A stretch of 39,889 nt of DNA from Chiloscyllium plagiosum (Eukaryota): contig NC_057718.1 of assembly GCF_004010195.1 (NCBI RefSeq), positions 58,859,284 through 58,899,172 on the forward strand, given 5' to 3'. Position 1 is the first letter of the stretch, and each line of letters starts with the position of its first letter. A program made the translations under genes and the position numbers. Below are positions 1-12,289 of the stretch, piece by piece. The notes beneath the pieces were generated by a model. The model saw only the letters and a list, made by a program, of their open reading frames with translations. It searched no databases and had not been told where the DNA came from.

Positions 1-98
1 CGATTCTCCTGTTCCTTGGATGCTGCCTGACCTGCTTTGCTTTTCCAGCAACACATTTTCAGCTCTGATCTCCAGCATCTGCAGTCCTCACTTTCTCC
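1..98 (+). mobile_element. Penelope-like element 3' terminus (family A), cut by the window start
   Basis: Near-identical to 23975-24039 and to the PLE end at 26039-26136 (gattctcctgtt..ggatgctgcctgacctgct..ttttccagcaacac..ctgatctccagcatctgcag..ctcactttctcc). Confidence 0.8.
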
Positions 99-258
99 TC
101 CTGTACACCTGCACCATGACTTCTCAACTCCTACATTCAGCATTCTGACCAATGAAGGCAAGGTGCCAAATGCCTTCTCTACCATTCTGCCCAGCTGCAA
201 TGCCACTTTCAAGAAACTATGCACCTGTACCTCTAGGTCTCTTTGTTTGTCAATATTT
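99..258 (-). mobile_element. CR1 LINE ORF2 fragment
   Basis: Resembles the CR1 segments at 15115-15240 and (reverse complement) 9815-9940, the 'VKKAFGMLAFIGQ..EYRS' region. Confidence 0.7.
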
Positions 259-265
259 TCAAGAG

Positions 266-327
266 GAAGGCAAAAGTGAGGACTGCAGATGCTTGAAATC
301 AGAGTCTACATTAAAGTGGTGCTGGAA
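266..327 (-). mobile_element. PLE terminus (family A/A'), left part, interrupted by the L1
   Basis: aaagtgaggactgcagatgct..agtggtgctggaa continues at 6064 as aaagtggtgctggaaaagc..caggcagcatcc. Confidence 0.75.
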
Positions 328-492
328 GACTCGGCAAGACGGCAGCGATTCTGTAGGACTGCTGTGGACAGCTCTGCCTAACAGCCAAGACATACCGGTG
401 TTTTTTTGCCATCCCTGGCCAACTTACATGATGGAAATATTAGTTTAAAGCCTTACAGAACACATATTTGTTAATATTTGGGAGTGGGAAGG

Positions 493-1361
493 ATGCCAAA
501 GGGAAAAGGAGCAAACAAGCAGCAGCAGGGAAGACACTGCCCTGCAGCATCAGGCATACCAGAGACTGCAGCAACAGCAACCTCTCCTGAACCCTCTGGG
601 GACCTGACAGACTCACAGGAATTGGCTGCGGCGATGGAGAGACTTACCTTGAAAGTTGCGGCTGCAATTGAGGAGATCCGTGGGGAGATTCGTGCCCAGG
701 TCCAACCTATCACATCCATGTTGCAGAAGCACGAGTAGGAGATCCAGGGCTTCGGGGAGAGTCTGGAGGAGGTGGACAGTCGAACTAAGGCCTCGGAAGC
801 TGCGATGGAGTCCTCATCCAGTCAGATCCAGGTGCTGGAGCGAGAGGTGCAAGCCTTGCGAAACCATATCGACGACCTCGAAAATCAAGGTCGGAGGATA
901 AATCTCCGAATTGTCGGGCTCCTTGAAGGTGAGGAAGGTGAGGAAGGTGAGAAGCCAGTCAGTTTCTTTGAAAACTGGCTGCCGAAGTTGTTGGGCCTTC
1001 ACATCGCGTCTGGCAGGCTGCAGATTGAAGGGCGTATTCGGTTACAGTGCACAGATCAGGGCCGGTGCAGCATCCCCGCCCGGTCCTAATGTACTTCCAT
1101 TCACATAAGAACAAGCGAAAAGTCATGGAAGCTTCCAGATCCCTGGGAAAAGATCCGCAGGCGCTGCTGTTTTTCCAGGATTTTTCAGTAGCTGTAATTT
1201 GAAAGAGGAAGTCCTTCGATGAAGTTAAAAAGAGGCTGAGGAACCTAGGCATCCAGTACTCCATGAGATACCCCGCAGTGCTTCGTTTCAGCCACGAGGA
1301 CTCAGTTTATACATTTAACTCAGCGGATAAGGCTAAAAACTTTATGGACACTTTAAAATAG
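493..1361 (+). pseudogene. L1 ORF1 (coiled coil + RRM + CTD), disrupted
   Basis: Reads MPKGKG.., heptad region, DDLENQGRRINLRIVGL.EGEE (L1 ORF1p RRM signature), FQDFS..KRKSF..YSMRYPA.L. There is a premature TAG at 736-738, a frameshift near 1030 and a terminal TAG at 1359-1361. Confidence 0.85.
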
Positions 1362-1969
1362 CCCCTGCTATTGGCCTGAAGAATATGGTTAATGTTTGTT
1401 CTCTTTTCTATTTTTCCCTATGTTTTCCCTTCCTTTCTTTTATTTCTTTCTTTCTTCCTAATAATTTCCTTTTTGGAAAGGGGGAAAAGACTGGAATAAG
1501 TTGTTCCTTTTTTTTAATAACTGGATTTTCTGATGGGAAATTTTGCGGATGTTCTTTGGTGTCTCTCACTTTTTTTTGTTTGTTCTGCTTCTCTTTTAGT
1601 CACAAGTCGGGGTGACATGAAGCTAGGGATGGGTGGAGTGCTCATCCTGACTTGGTCTTTTGATTTAAGGATCATGTCCTTGTTTTTTTTTTCTGGCCTA
1701 AGGCTGGGGCACAGTCCGGGTTTGAAGGAGCTGTGAAGGACAGGATGGGTAGGGTGAGTGCCCCCTATGAGCAGGGGGAAGAGTCTTCCATTCAAGGTTG
1801 TATAGTTGGTTTTCTTTGTAGCTTTGTAATGGTAATAGTTGTTTATAGTTATGAAGAGTAATTTTTGTATATATAGTTCTTTGATTCTATGAGTCTTTAT
1901 TTACTTATGCTCGGTGCTTTGTAAGCAGGGTTCTCCCTCCGAGGGGTTCAAAGTTCTCTGAAAGGGGAT

Positions 1970-4900
1970 AAGGCTAAGTGTCTTATTAAATGGTGCACCT
2001 GGAACATTAAGGGAAGTCATTCGCCTATTAAAAGGAAAAAAGTGCTTTCTAGCCTTAAGAGAGAAAGAGTTGATATTGCTTTGTTGCAGGAAACCCATCT
2101 TGATGATGGGGAACACCTGAAATTACAACAGGAGGGTTATGACCAGGTATTCTTTTCATCCTTTACTACTAAAAGTAAGGGAGTGGCGGTACTTATCCAG
2201 AAAAATCTTCTGTTCACATTATTAGAGCAGATAAAAGATGAGCAGGGACGGTTTGTGATACTTAAAGCCCTGATACATGGGGAGGAGTATGGCAATTTAA
2301 ATGTCTACTGTTCTCCAGTGCATCCCCTCAAATTTTTGATTAGTGCTTTCTCTAAGTTGAGTGCTTTTGGAACATGGCACATTATTATGGGGGGGGAGAT
2401 TTTAATTGTCTTTTGGATCCGACAATGGACAGGATGCCTTGTGGGTCCCCAACTATTTCTTCACAGGCCAAGCAGGTGGTTTACTTATGCGAGGAGTTGG
2501 GGCTGGTGGATATTTGGAGATGTCTTCACCCTACAGGCAGGGACTCCACCTTTTTTCAAACCCACATAAATGTCACACGAGGATTGACCTCTTTCTGGCT
2601 CCCTCGGCCCTTCTGGATTCGATTATGAGTTGTAAAATTGGGAATATAGCTATCTCTGATCATGTGGCAGTATATTTGGAGGTTAAGACCAAGAGTGAAG
2701 GGCTAGGTTTGCGGCACTGACGTTTGGACCCTTTTCTCCTTAAGGATTCCAAATTTGTGGAATACTTTTTGAAGTAGTTTCAGGAATTCTTGACTATCAA
2801 CTCAGGCACGGCTAGTAGTCCGTCCATGCTATGGGAGACTGCTAAGGCCTTTGCTAGGGGATTAGCTATTTCCTATTTGACTAGCCGGAAACGACAGAAG
2901 GAGGAACAGCAGCGTCTAATTGAGACATGGTTGAAAGCCGCGGAGGCAGCACATTTTGCGGGGCCTTCGGTCACTAAGCTACAGCGGATCACAGCCCTTC
3001 GGGCTATGACAAAAAACGCAAAGAACTTGCTATTGCTAGACAGAGGCTGTTCGAATATGGGGACAGGCCAACGAAGTATTTAGCGTACCTGACTAGGAAA
3101 AAGTGTGCTCCCCAATCCATTACTGCAATCAGAGACAGCGCCGGGGTCCTTACATAAGATGCTAAAAAGATTCATGAGGCTTTTCGGAGCTTTTACTCTG
3201 AATTGTATCGGTCTGAAGGTTGCGAAGACAGAAGTAAGAACCTGGACCTCCCAGGAGTAACCTTGGAACAGGCCTCTCTCCTTAATGCCCCCTTAACAGT
3301 TCAGGAAATGTATGAGGCAGCATCGGCAACTTCAGAGTGGGAAAGCGCCTGGCCCTGATGGTCTCCCAGGTGAGTTTTATAAGGAGTTTATAGAGATTCT
3401 GTCAGGGTTCTGTTGGAGATGTACAATCACTCCTATATGCATGAACGCCTACCACCATCTTTGAGAGAAGCTAATATTTCCTTAATTTTTAAGAAGGGGA
3501 AGGTTCCTGAGGATTGTGCCTCATACAGGCCCATCTCTCTATTAAAATGCAGACTTCAAGATTCTGTCCAAGACCCTGGCACTGAGATTGGAAAGGGTGT
3601 TGCCCCATATTATTAAAGAGGACTAGACAGGTTTTATAAGGGGCCGTAGGTCCTTGAATAATATTAGAAGGTTGCTGAATATGGCCCAAGTTTGTCAGCA
3701 ACGATCGGTTCAGGGGTTGGTGATTTCCTTAGATGCAGAGAAAGCATTTGACCGGGTGGAATGGCCGTATCTTTTTTATGTCTTAGAACAGTTTGGTTTG
3801 GGTGGAATCTTTGGTAGGTGGGTGGAGGTTTTATATCGCCACCCTCTGGCCGCAGTCATCACCAAAGGAGTGGATTTTAGGATTGGTCGGGATAGTCAGC
3901 AAGGCTGCCCCCTCTCACCGTTGTTGTTTACGTTAGTGATAGAGCCGCTGGCAGAGGCTATTCATCAGAACGTCCATATAACTGCTCCGGAAGTGGGATT
4001 GAGGGCACACAAGACTACATTGTATGCAGATGACGTCCTTCTGTTTTTATTGAACCCAATGACCTCTGTACGCCATTTTATACAATGTATCAATTCAATT
4101 GGGGCTATTTCAGGATATAAGATTAACTTTGCAAAATCGGAGGCTATGCCTTTGGGGAACATTAAGGATGAGCCAGAAGTTGAAGGTGGCCCTAAGTTCC
4201 CTTTTAAGTGGTCACAGGCAGGGTTCCAATACCTAGGCATTTTTATTACCCCCACGTTTGATCTGTTATTTCGGACTAACTTTGCTCACTTGCTCGACAA
4301 TATTAGGCAAGATCTCCAGAGATGGGAGACTCCTCCAATTTCATGCTTGGGCCGAACATCTCTCATTAAGATGAATGTTCTTCCTCGTTTGCTTTATCCC
4401 ATGAGTACACTCCCTATAATGTTTCCCAGGTCAACGCTGCGGAAGCTTATGGGGTGGTTTGGTTCCTTTGTCTGGCATCATGGGCAGCCCCTCATCCAAC
4501 TTATTAAATTGCAGTTGCCTCAAGGAGGGGGAGGAGTTGATTTCCCAGATATCAGGAGGTATCAATTGAGTTCCCTGCTGTCCTTTGTCTGCGATTGGGT
4601 AGGTAACGATCCAGGCTCAATATGGCTGGATAGTGAGGCCTCCCAAGCAAAGTGCCCTCTTATTAACCGGTTGTTCATGGATAAGATGAGGACAGTAATG
4701 GACCACTGCCAGAACCCCATTGTCATTAGTACAGTCAGGGCTTGGAGGGCGATGCGTCAGAGTGAGGGTTGTTTATCCAAGACTTCGCCACTTACACCTA
4801 TAGTTGGTATGCCAGGGTTCCGACCAGGGATGATGGACTCAGGGTGGAGTTTCTAGTTTAGGAGGCTTGTTTGAGGGAGAGGTTATGATGTCTTTTGAGC

Positions 4901-5690
4901 AACTGAGCCACAAATACGGGTTGCCCAGCAGAGATCTTTTCTGTTTTTTTCAGGTTAGGGATTTCATCCAGAAGAAGACTACGCTTCTCACTAAGCCCTA
5001 TAAGCCCAATACAGAGAAGTTGTTGCTATGTTCCACAAGCACCCTTTCAGTTAGTGCCCTGTATTGCCAGCTAGGTGGCAGGGCCTGGCAGGATATTAGC
5101 TGGTTATGTGAGGTCTGGGAGCAAGATCTGGGAGTGGAGATCTCTTCTGAAACATGGGAGAACATATGGGAGAATACTCGAAAGATCTCAATCTGTAATA
5201 GGACATGCGCTACGCAGTTTAAAGGTCTGCACAGAGCTCATCTGGCACCAGACCGTCTGGCGAAGTTTAAAAAAGGGACATCTTCAATGTGCCCCAAATG
5301 TATATTAAGTGTAGGTACTCTTACCCATTGCTTCTGGACATGCCACAGGCTCCGTGTTTATTGGAGCACTGTGGCGGGAGAGATAGGGAGGGTATTGAGG
5401 ACTGAAGTCAAAGTAGACCCGATATCTCTCCTCTTATGGTTTACCAAATTTACCATCTTTAGACGGGCATAGGAAGAAACTATTTAATATTCTTGCACAC
5501 TGTGCACGGAAGAATATTCTGATGAATTGGGTATCTGAGAACCCGTTGGGCTTGCTGGGATGGCAGAAATTAATTATGGAACACATTCCCTTAGACTTTT
5601 TCACAAACATGGTGCACCACACAACAGACCATTTTTATAAGATATGGAAGCCCTACTGGAGTTATTTGGATATAGATTTGTCAGTTTAAT
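1970..5690 (+). pseudogene. L1 ORF2 (APE endonuclease, reverse transcriptase, CCHC knuckle), frameshifted
   Basis: Motifs WNIKG, LLQETHL, GGDFN, RIDLFL..ISDH, KAPGPDG, YRPISL, SLDAEKAFDRVEW, QGCPLSPLLF, LYADD and CPKC..HCFWTC. There are multiple stops and frameshifts, and the start codon appears mutated. Confidence 0.92.
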
Positions 5691-6063
5691 TAGGGCATTT
5701 GTTTAATGAGGATGATTAGATTTGTCAAGCCCTGGGCCCTGGAGGGGGTTTCCTGAGTTAATGCGGGTATGTATACAATGCTCCCGTTCCTTTGTTTGGG
5801 AGCCTTGTGCCGAGCATAGCTGTTCTGTATTTTGTGGGGTTTTTTTTTGCTTTTTTTGCTTCTCTTTCTTTTTTTTTGGTGTTGCTTTGCACAGTGTTAG
5901 GGTTTGCTTTGTATTATAAAGTAGTTAGTAGTTAGTAGATAGTAGTTGTATTGTAATTTGTGTTTTATTCTTTTTATTATACTGATATTTGTGAATGTTT
6001 TTTTCAATAATTTTATATGTTTGTAAAGTTAAAAAAATTGCTAATAAATATATTTACAAAATA

Positions 6064-6220
6064 AAAGTGGTGCTGGAAAAGCAAGCTGGTCAGGCAGCAT
6101 CCGAGGAGCAGGAAAATTTACTTCATCAGAGGCTTGAAAAATATGTTGCTGGAAAAGCGCAGCAGGTCAGGCAGCATCCAAGGAGTAGGAGAATCGACAT
6201 TTCTGGCATAAGCCCTTCTT
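6064..6220 (-). mobile_element. PLE terminus (family A/A'), right part, two tandem partial copies
   Basis: gctggaaaagcgcagcaggtcaggcagcatcc..gaatcgacatttctggcataagcccttctt matches 23877-23947. Confidence 0.8.
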
Positions 6221-6239
6221 CTTGTCTGGCAGCTCACGA

Positions 6240-6610
6240 AACACATCATTCCCTGATTTAAGAAAATTGACCAGTTCAGGCATTAAATCTAAAACATCTT
6301 TGCAGGAATCTCCCTTGAGTTAAGTAGCTTGTATCTGCATAGAGGATTAGTTCACAATAGAAGCATCAAGTTTATCCAAATAATGATTTAAACCAAAGTT
6401 GAAAAGGACTTTTGTTTAAATTGAATTTGTAATCTTAACAACAACTTGCATTACTTAAGAAGAATCTATACTTGCTAATACTTGCCGGTAGACTCCACAT
6501 TGGGAATTGAAAGAAGAGGGGAAATGTGGATCATTTCTGAAAAATGCAACATCGTTGGTGCAAGATTAGTTGAAATGGAAACCAATTTCTTGATTGGAAT
6601 CTTTATTTTC
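6240..6610 (-). pseudogene. hAT (Charlie/Buster, GTF2IRD2/FAM200-like) transposase relic, piece 4
   Basis: Reverse-strand translation across frameshifts gives KIPIKKLVSISTNLAPTM (cf. LVSITTDGAPAM), VMQVVVKITNSI, ELILYADTSYLTQGRFLQR (cf. VRWLSxGxxLxR) and LDLMPELVNFLK. Confidence 0.7.
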
Positions 6611-8831
6611 AAGAACATAGGGACAAAAGAACTCGGAGCAGGAGTACGCCATCTGGCCCTCCCAGCCTGCTCCGTCATTCAATTAGATCATGGCTGATCT
6701 TTCCATGGACTCAGCTCCACTGACCCACCCTCTCACCATAACCCTCAATTCATTTACTGTTCAAAAAATTATCTATTTTAGCTTTAAGAACGTTTACTGA
6801 GGAAGCCTCAATCACTTCACTGGGCAGATAATTCCATAGATTCACAACCCTCTGGGTGGAGAAGTTCCTTCTCAATTCAGTCCTAAATCTGCTCCCCCTC
6901 ATTTTGATGCTATGCCATCTTGTCCTAGTTTCACCCACCAATGGAAACATCATCTCTACTTTCCTGCTCTATTCCTTCATAATTTTATATGTGTCTATTA
7001 GATCCCCAACTCATTTTTCTAAATTCCAATGAATATAATCCTAGTTCACCTAGCCTGTCCTCATAACCCAACCCCCTCAACTCCGGAAGCAATCTAGTGA
7101 CCCTCGTCTGCACCCCTTCCAGTGCCAGTACATCCTTTCTCAAGTAAGGAGACCAAAGCTGCACACAATACTCCAGGTGTGATCTCAACAGCCCCCTGTA
7201 CAGCTACAACATAAACTCCCTGCTTTTAAACCCAATTCCTTTAACAAAGAAGGACAAAATTCCATTTGCTTTCTTAATTATCTGTTGCACCTGCAGACCA
7301 AGCTTCTGTGATTCATGCACAAAGACACCCAGGTCCCTCAGCACAGCAGCATGCTGCAATTTCTTACCATTCAAGTAATAGTCCTTTTCACTGTTATTCC
7401 TACCAAAATGGATGACTTCACCTTTATTAACATAGTACTCCGTCTGCCAGACCTTTGCCCACTCACTTAAACTATCTATGTCCTTTTGCAAAGCTTCACA
7501 GTTCTCTGCAAACTTTGCCGTACCATTTATCTCAGCGTCATCCACAGACTTTGACACACTACACGTGGCCCCCAACTCCAAATTATCAATGTAAATTGTG
7601 AATAATTGTGGTCCCAACACTGATCCCTGAGGCACACCACTAGTCACTGATTGGCAACCACAATAGCATTCATGTTTCCCACTCTTTGCTTTTGCTTCCA
7701 GTTGGTTATTCAATCCTCGATACATGCTAATTCATTGCCCATAATGCCTTGCACCTTTATCTTATGGAGCAGTCTTTTGTGCTGCACCTTGTCAAATGGC
7801 TTTTGTTAAACTAGATACACCATATCTACTGGGTCCCAATTGTCCACCGTGTTCATAATGTCTTCATAGAATTCCAAAAGATTAGTGAAGCATGACCTCC
7901 CTTCACGAACCCATGCTGCATCTGCCAAATGGGACAATTCCTATCTAGATGCCTTGCTATTTCGTCCTTGATAATAGACTCAAGCATTTTTGCCACTACA
8001 GGAGTTAAGCTAACTGGTCTATATTTCTCCATCTTTTGTCTATCCCCCTTTTTAAACAGTGGCGTCACATTCACTGTCTTCCAATCTGCTGCAATTGCCC
8101 CAGAGTCCAGTGAGTTTTGAAAAATTATCACAAGTGCATTTGCTATTTCTCTCACCATCTCTTTTAGCACCCTGGGGTGCATTCCATCAGAGCCAGGAGA
8201 CATGTCTACCCTCGGCTCCATTAGCTTTTCCAACACTACCTCTTTCATGATAGCGATTGTTTCCTGGGCCTCACCTACCCTTGTCTCTTTGTCAATCACT
8301 GGCATGTTATTCATTTCCTCCACCAAGACCAATAAAAAGTACCTATTCAGTGTCTTGGCCATTTCCTCATATCCCATTTCTAACTCCCTCGTCTCATCCT
8401 GTGAAGGACCAATGTTTACTTTAGCCACTGTTTTATGTTTTATATATTTATAGAAACCTTTGCTCTCTGTCTTTATATTCTGAGCTAGTTTATTTCTCAT
8501 ACACTATATTACTTTTCTTTATAGCTCTTTTTGTGGCTTGCTGTTGACCTTTAAAGCTGTCCCAGTCTTCTAGTTTCCAACTGATTTTGGCAACTTTTTA
8601 TGCCTTCTCTTTCAATTTGATAGCCTCCCTTATTTCCTTAGACATCCATGGCAAATAACCCCTTTCCCTACGGTCCTTCCTTTTCATTGGCATATACTTT
8701 TGCTGAGCACTTTGAAAAATTGCTTTGAAAATCCTCCACTGTTCATCAACTGTCTCACCATAAAGTCTTTGCTTCCAGTCTACTTTAGCCAACTCCTCCC
8801 TCAGCCTATTGTTGTGCCCCTAGTTTAAGCT
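6611..8831 (-). mobile_element. CR1 LINE, 5'-truncated, degenerate
   Basis: Motifs SPGSDGMHPRVLKE, YRPVSLT, QHGFVKG, SGVPQGSVLGP and HLEYCVQLWSP; the 3' tail is near 6611. Confidence 0.9.
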
Positions 8832-8915
8832 CAAATCTTTTGAATTCATTGTAATGTCCTTACCTTTTGTTCTGGTTTTATGGGGATAAAGAGTGAGAAG
8901 ATCTTCTTTAGTTGC
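8832..8915 (-). pseudogene. hAT transposase relic, piece 3
   Basis: Reads TKEDLLTLYPHKTRTKGKDI..NEFKRF (cf. KEELLxLxPLKxxTxGxDI). Confidence 0.65.
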
Positions 8916-9540
8916 TAAAACATAAGAACATAAGAATAGCAGCAGGATTAAGACAATCAGTTCCTCAACCCTGCTCCATCATTTAACAAGCTCTTAGCTG
9001 ATTTACCACCCCCCCCAGCCTCAACTTATCTTTCATGCCAGCTCAGCATAGCTCTCACTTCCCTGATTTTTCAAAAATCTACTTCTCTTTAAATATTTAC
9101 AGTGATCTAGCCTCCACAACTCCTTAGCGTAGAAAATTCCAGACAAATATTACACTCTGGGAGAAGAAATTCATTTGCCTCTGTTTTAAATAAGTGTTAC
9201 CTCAGTTTGTGAGTATGTCCTCTCCTTCGAGACTACCCAACCAGTGGAATCATCTGCTCAACATTTACCCGATAAGTCCCTTCAGAATCTTGTGTGTTTC
9301 GATAAGATCATCTTCCATTCTTCTCAAGTCTAATAGATAAAAGCCTAACCTGGTTAGCAGCTCTTGATAAGACAACACCTTCATCCCATTTGAGTCTCTC
9401 TTGAACAGCCTCCAATTCCACAATATTCTTTTTTGAAATACAGGGATTGAAACTTTTTACAGCACTGCAGGTTCAGCCTCACTAATGCCTTGTATAGTTG
9501 TAACAAGACTTCCCTGTTTTTAAACTCGAATCCCTACACA
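8916..9540 (-). mobile_element. Old CR1 LINE 3' fragment
   Basis: An aacataagaacataag tail is followed by sequence collinear with 6611-7240. Confidence 0.75.
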
Positions 9541-9811
9541 AAAGCTTAAAAAGACATGCACACAGAATGATCAGCTGGACTGTGTTGTTTACGTCAATGG
9601 ATTCAAACTGCAGTGAGAAGCATTCACAATCCCTGAGGTCCTGCTATAGCTGCTAAAGATTATGTCAAACAGTCACCTTTCTACTGTGGAGTCACCAAGT
9701 GAAATTCTTTGGATTGCTGTTATTATTTGAATAAAGCATCATCAATCAAAATTAAAGCTTCTTTAAATGCTTCACCATTTGTGAATGATTTCTTGTTCTG
9801 CACCAGAAGTT
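9541..9811 (-). pseudogene. hAT transposase relic, piece 2 (first catalytic Asp region)
   Basis: Reads QLLVQNKKSFTNGEAFKEAL (cf. AKxxKPFTDGE), AIQRISLGDSTVER and QDLRDCECFSLQF-ESIDVNNTVQL (cf. FSLQLDESTDVxxxAQL). Confidence 0.75.
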
Positions 9812-10517
9812 GGCAAATTCATAGCTCCCTGAAAGTGGAGTCGCAGGTAGATAGGATAGTGCAGAAGGCCTTTGGTATGCTTTCCTTTATTGGTCAGAGT
9901 ATTGAGTACAGGAGTTGGGAGGTCATGTTGCGGCTGTACAGGACATTGGTTAGGCAACTGTTGGAATATTGTGTGCAATTCTGGTGTCCTTCCTATCGGA
10001 AAGATGTTGTGACACTTGAAAGGGTTCAGAAAAGATTTACAAGGATGTTGCCAGAGTTGGAGGATTTGAGCTATAGGGAAAGGCTGAACAGGCTGGGGCT
10101 GTCTTCCCTGGAGCGTCAGAGGCTGAGGGATGACCTTATAGAGGTTTACAAAATTATGAGAGGAATGGATGGGATAAATAGACAAAGTCTTTTCCCTGGA
10201 ATCGGGGAGTCCAGAACTAGAGGGCATAGGTTTAGTGTGAGAGGGGGAAGATATAAAAGAGACCTAAGGGGCAACCTTTTCACGCAGAGGATGGTACATG
10301 TATGGAATGAGCTGCCAGAGGACATGGTGGAGGCTGGTACAATTGCAATGTTTGAGAGGCATTTGGATGGGTATGTGAATAGGAAGGGTTTGGAGGGGTA
10401 TGGGCCAGGTGCTGGCAGGTGGGAACTAGATTGGGTTGGGATATCTGGTCAGCATGGACAGGTTGGACCGAAGGGTCTGTTTCCATTCTGTACATCTCTA
10501 TGACTCTATGACTCTAT
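9812..10517 (+). mobile_element. CR1 LINE 3' fragment
   Basis: Reads LEYCVQFWCPSYRKD..LERVQKRFTRML, TRGH and HVWNELP, and ends in a (ctctatga)n tail at 10495-10517. Confidence 0.9.
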
Positions 10518-10935
10518 AAATGTGAAATGATGCCTCAACGTGGGTCTTACCTTTTGCTGCTGGGTTTAGTAAAGAATGTCTGTTGAACTTTCAAAGCAGC
10601 CTTCGGCTCATCAATGTTCTACATCCGAAGTATGCTGTTCGTGGGAAACCTATCCTTGAGTTCACTGTGCATTGTTGTGTGGGGTTATTCCAAATTCAGC
10701 TTGAGTTCTTAGTATACTTTAGTGACATGTAAATTAAACACGTTTTTTTACAAATATGGACAGAGATACATTTTGCCATTCTGTGTGGAATCTGTTATTA
10801 CTGGTGGCAGTGGTGGATTCCCAGTCATGAAAATTGTTACATTATTAGCAATATAAATAGTTACTCCAAAGCTTTGACAGATTTTCACCTTATTTGAATC
10901 CCTTAACTGATAAGAAGGGATGTTGGACACCCATC
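10518..10935 (-). pseudogene. hAT transposase relic, piece 1 (N-terminus) and probable 5' TIR
   Basis: Reads FHTEW..NLE..TTMHSELKDRFPTNS..IDEPKAALKVQQTFFTKP..EASFHI, which joins piece 2. ttggacaccc at 10923-10932 resembles the reverse complement of a Charlie-type CAGGGGTGTCCAA TIR. Confidence 0.6.
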
Positions 10936-11245
10936 CTACAGTGTTGCATTCAATAAATTTGCAAACTCTCCCAGTTCAATCATTGAAAAATCGTACTCCA
11001 TTGGTTAAGAGCCAATGGAGAAGTTTATGATGTTTATGTGTACTTTGAAATAATTAATAAGTGTGGCTACAGTTGAACGCAATTCATGGAAAAAAGACCT
11101 GTATCGCTTTCTTCCCAATAACAGAGCTACTCCTCACTCAAATGCTGCAAACTCTCCAGTTGCATTCATTTCTGTCCATCTCACACATCTTCAATAGCTG
11201 CACAGTGCAGCTAATAATCAACATGTAGCAAATGTAGTCAAGAAT

Positions 11246-11571
11246 GGGCAGCACTACTGTCTCACAGTGCCAGGGATCTGGGTTCGATTCTACCCTCAGC
11301 GACTGTCTGTGTGGAGTTTGCACATTCTCCCTGTGTCTGGGTGCTCCAATTTCCTCCCACAGTCCAAAGATGTGCAGGTTAGTTGGATTGGCTGTGCTAA
11401 CTTGCCCATAATGTCCAGAAATGTGCAGGCTAGGTGGATGAGCCATGGGAAATGCAAGGTTACAGAGATAGGGTAGGGCAGTTGGGTCTGAATGGCATGC
11501 TCTTCGGAGAGTCGGTGTGGAATCAATGGGCTGAATGAACTGTTTCCACATTATAGGGATTCTATGATTCT
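11246..11571 (+). mobile_element. tRNA-derived SINE, HE1/V-SINE-like
   Basis: B-box ggttcgattc, the gactgtctgtgtggagtttgcacattctcc..gtccaaagatgtgcagg body and a CR1-like attctatgattcta tail. Confidence 0.85.
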
Positions 11572-12289
11572 AAAACCGAAAGATCGAATGAGAGTAAATG
11601 TAGAGTGAAATATAAAAGTCAGAGATCGATCACAAGATGAAGTGCTTGTGAAATGTAATAGTCATATTGGAAAATAAACTACCTCAATGACATGCAGTCA
11701 TTTCCTGTGATTGACACATAAAGGTCAATTATCACTCTAGAGTGTGGTTTGCAAATCTTCACACAAAGTGGGGTCATTCTTCAAAACACTGAAAGCACCA
11801 TGCAGAAGCAGTAAATCCAAATCCAACACCAACATCTCAGTTGAAGAGTATGAGTTAAATAAGGCCACGCCTGATGTTAGATATCATCCTATTCAGATGA
11901 GAACATTTTTACCGTACTGAAGTGACTATGTTACAAAGTGAATTTAAGTTTTAAATGAAATGTTCATCTCATTGTAGATGATCAAGGATATTGTTAAAAA
12001 GCTTGTATTTTCACGATCTATTCAAATTTACTGTTCATGATTTGGAAATGGATCGTTGAAACATGCTATTTCACAAATTTACTAAAAAGGGGAAGAGTGT
12101 ATTGCATTGAAAATGACTGTGCATTTTGTGCACTCGATGTTTGCATAAGTATATGCACTAGCACCAAGAGTCTGATAGGAAGAGAATAATAACAGATTCA
12201 TGTCTAATAGCTTTGGGAGTGCTAAACATAAAAGACTTTTGTTGAATCGTTACCTTTTTCTATTCTATGACTTCATTCTTGGATCTTAA

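Larger units (their letters stand above)
328..6063 (+). mobile_element. Full-length degenerate L1-clade LINE (~5.7 kb)
   Basis: 5'UTR, ORF1, T-rich inter-ORF spacer, ORF2 (APE-RT-CCHC), T-rich 3'UTR, AATAAA at 6043 and a short A tail. The 15-bp TSD aaagtggtgctggaa lies at 313-327 and 6064-6078, at a tt/aaag site. Confidence 0.92.

Noticed and set aside
8864..8914. Apparent minus-strand exon with strong splice sites
   Set aside because: The acceptor tract is a CR1 tail and the peptide is hAT transposase.
10551..10618. Apparent minus-strand host exon (tag/gtaaga; NIDEPKAALKVQQTFFTKPSSK)
   Set aside because: The peptide and both flanks continue as hAT transposase N-terminal sequence.
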